Below, one piece after another: positions 62,508-64,000 of a stretch of 64,000 bases of DNA. Position 1 is the stretch's first letter. The number at the start of each line of letters is the position of its first letter. The notes beneath the pieces are model-generated. The model was given only the letters and a program-made list of their open reading frames with translations. It made no database searches and was not told the DNA's origin. The stretch comes from an uncultured Thermoanaerobaculia bacterium (lineage in GTDB: Bacteria; Acidobacteriota; Thermoanaerobaculia; Thermoanaerobaculales; Sulfomarinibacteraceae). The translations under genes and the position numbers were made by a program. The stretch lies in NCBI GenBank assembly GCA_964440565.1, contig CAYTTB010000004.1:33260-97259 (forward strand), given 5' to 3'.

Positions 62508-64000
62508 GCGTCCCCGCGGCGCGGACGGTACCGCTCGCCCTGGCGCTGGCCGCGGTGGCGGTGGCGGCCCCCGTGCCGCCCACGGTGCGTGCGGGCCGGC
62601 TCGAGGGCCGGATCCGGCTCGACGGGGTGCTGGACGAGCCCGCGTGGCGGGGTGCCGGGGTGATCCCCGACCTCACCCAGCAGGAGCCGCACCCGGGGGA
62701 GCCGACCCCCTACGCCACCGAGGTGCGGGTGCTCGTGGACGACCGTACCCTCTACATCGGCGTGATCTGCCGCGATCCCGACCCCTCCCGGATCGCGGTC
62801 CACACCATGCAGCGCGACGGGAACCTGTACGGCGACGACACCGTCACCGTGGTGCTCGACACCTTCGGCGACGGGCGGCGCGGCTACCTGTTCCAGATCA
62901 ACGCCGCCGGCGCCCGGCGCGACGGGCTGATCTCCGGTCCGGAGGAGATGTCCACCGACTGGGACGGGATCTGGAACGCGCGCACCCACCGCATCCCCGG
63001 CGGGTGGACCGCGGAGATCGAGATCCCCGCGCAGACCCTCCGGTTCCGGCCCGGGGCGGCGAGCTGGGGGTTCAACGTGGAGCGACGCGTGGCCCGCGAC
63101 CGGACCACGCTGCGCTGGGCGGGCACGACCCTCGACGCCCGGCTGGAGGACCTGCGGCGGGCGGGCCGGCTCGAGGGGGTCGGGGGCCTCCGCCAGGGCG
63201 CCGGGCTCAGCGTGAGCCCGTACGCCCTCGTGCGCCGCGACGCCGACCTCGCCGCCGACCACGCCACCCTCCGGGGCGACGCCGGCCTCGACGTGACGTA
63301 CAACCTGACCCCGGATCTCGCGGCCGTGCTCACCGCCAACACCGACTTCGCGGAGACCGAGGTGGACACCCGCCAGGTGAACCTCACCCGCTTCCCCCTG
63401 TTCTTTCCCGAGAAGCGGGCGTTCTTCCTGGAGGGGTCCGACCTGTTCGCCTTCGGGTCCGGCCTCGGCACCGACTTCATCCCGTTCTTCTCGCGCCGCA
63501 TCGGCCTGCGCGGGGGGCGGGAGGTACCGATCCTGGGAGGCCTCAAGCTGCTCGGGAGGCAGGGGCGCTGGGGCGTGGCCGCCCTGGACGTGCTGACGGG
63601 CTCCGGCGGTGGCGCCGAGGGGACCAACCTGTTCGCGGGGCGGGTCACCTACGACCTGGACGAGCACCTGACCCTGGGAACCATCGTCACCGACGGCGAT
63701 CCCGACGGCGTCCACTCGAACTCCCTGATGGGGTTCGACGCGCTGTGGCAGACCTCCACCTTCCGCGGCGACAAGAACCTGTCCCTCGGGGCGTGGGCGG
63801 CGTTCTCGGCGGGCGACACGCCGGCCGGCCGCCGCTCGGGGTGGGGGCTCAAGCTCGACTACCCCAACGACCTGTGGGACCTCTTCTTCGTCTACAAGGA
63901 GTTCGGTGACGGGCTCGACCCCGCGCTGGGGTTCCTGCCCCGTCCCGGCACCCGCTGGTACCAGGGCGGCGGGGCCTACCAGCCGCGGCCCGACGGCGGC
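62504..64000 (+). CDS. secreted CBM9-like / DUF5916-family protein, 5' part (runs off the window end)
   Basis: My own translation of the frame opening at GTG 62504 (GTGA overlap). It has no stop before 64000, so it is missing from the ORF track. VSVPAARTVPLALALAAVAVAAP...RLDGVLDEPAWRGAGVIPDLTQQEPHPGEP...DDRTLYIGVICRD...GDDTVTVVLDTFGDGRRGYLFQINAAGARRDG...DWDGIW. Confidence 0.65.
   Translation, partial: MSVPAARTVPLALALAAVAVAAPVPPTVRAGRLEGRIRLDGVLDEPAWRGAGVIPDLTQQEPHPGEPTPYATEVRVLVDDRTLYIGVICRDPDPSRIAVHTMQRDGNLYGDDTVTVVLDTFGDGRRGYLFQINAAGARRDGLISGPEEMSTDWDGIWNARTHRIPGGWTAEIEIPAQTLRFRPGAASWGFNVERRVARDRTTLRWAGTTLDARLEDLRRAGRLEGVGGLRQGAGLSVSPYALVRRDADLAADHATLRGDAGLDVTYNLTPDLAAVLTANTDFAETEVDTRQVNLTRFPLFFPEKRAFFLEGSDLFAFGSGLGTDFIPFFSRRIGLRGGREVPILGGLKLLGRQGRWGVAALDVLTGSGGGAEGTNLFAGRVTYDLDEHLTLGTIVTDGDPDGVHSNSLMGFDALWQTSTFRGDKNLSLGAWAAFSAGDTPAGRRSGWGLKLDYPNDLWDLFFVYKEFGDGLDPALGFLPRPGTRWYQGGGAYQPRPDGG

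Noticed and set aside
61834-63909. 691-aa plus-strand ORF listed in the track downstream of the kinase
   Set aside because: Arg/Pro/Gly-rich frame. A different frame opening at GTG 62504 gives a signal peptide and a CBM9/DUF5916-like sequence. That frame is absent from the track only because it has no stop inside the window.

Overview
Very GC-rich bacterial chromosomal window, by eye about 70 percent GC or more (not computed). The ORF track is full of long Arg/Pro/Gly-rich off-frame and antisense ORFs. I kept only ORFs with recognisable family motifs, sensible signal peptides, RBS-like GGAGG boxes or 4-nt start/stop coupling. The taxon cannot be fixed from sequence; gene content fits a didermic Myxococcota- or Acidobacteriota-like organism.

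Content from left to right:
1. 1-16.1 kb: a copper/heavy-metal island. It holds a CusA fragment, a P-II-like protein, two DUF3347 proteins, a copper P-type ATPase, YHS, SHOCT and DUF302 proteins, Met-rich secreted proteins, a sensor kinase and two receiver proteins.
2. 16.3-31 kb: housekeeping genes. These are Usp, H+-PPase, pth-rplY-prs-tRNA-Gln-spoVG-ispE-lolB-like, TPR-ExbD-ExbB-TonB, an M28 peptidase and HemW.
3. 31-38.4 kb: RNase D, a GGDEF protein, a HAD hydrolase, a radical SAM/SPASM enzyme, a methyltransferase and a secreted beta-helix-like protein.
4. 38.9-41.7 kb: a compact RiPP-type cluster. It reads DoxX, then a Sec-signal Cys-rich precursor (14 Cys, two duplicated 6-Cys modules), then a DUF692/MNIO oxidase, then a DUF2063 partner. 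This is a bufferin-type copper-related peptide system.
5. 41.7-53 kb: a c-di-GMP hub (FIST, PAS-GGDEF-EAL, PDZ-GAF-GGDEF, PilZ-AMIN) and polyamine genes (speH, speE, a membrane-fused spermidine-synthase-like protein).
6. 53.4-59.6 kb: a five-gene, translationally coupled minus-strand operon. It combines an AmmeMemoRadiSam set (radical SAM AmrS plus a fused Memo-AMMECR1) with two DUF362 proteins and a membrane polyferredoxin. AmrS and both DUF362 proteins have twin-arginine-like N-termini. The operon is divergent from a CusR/CusS-like two-component system.

A dispersed intergenic repeat family with core TGTCCCCAYCTCG occurs as tandem arrays at three loci plus solitary copies. I recognised no transposase, integrase, phage gene, CRISPR array or rRNA.
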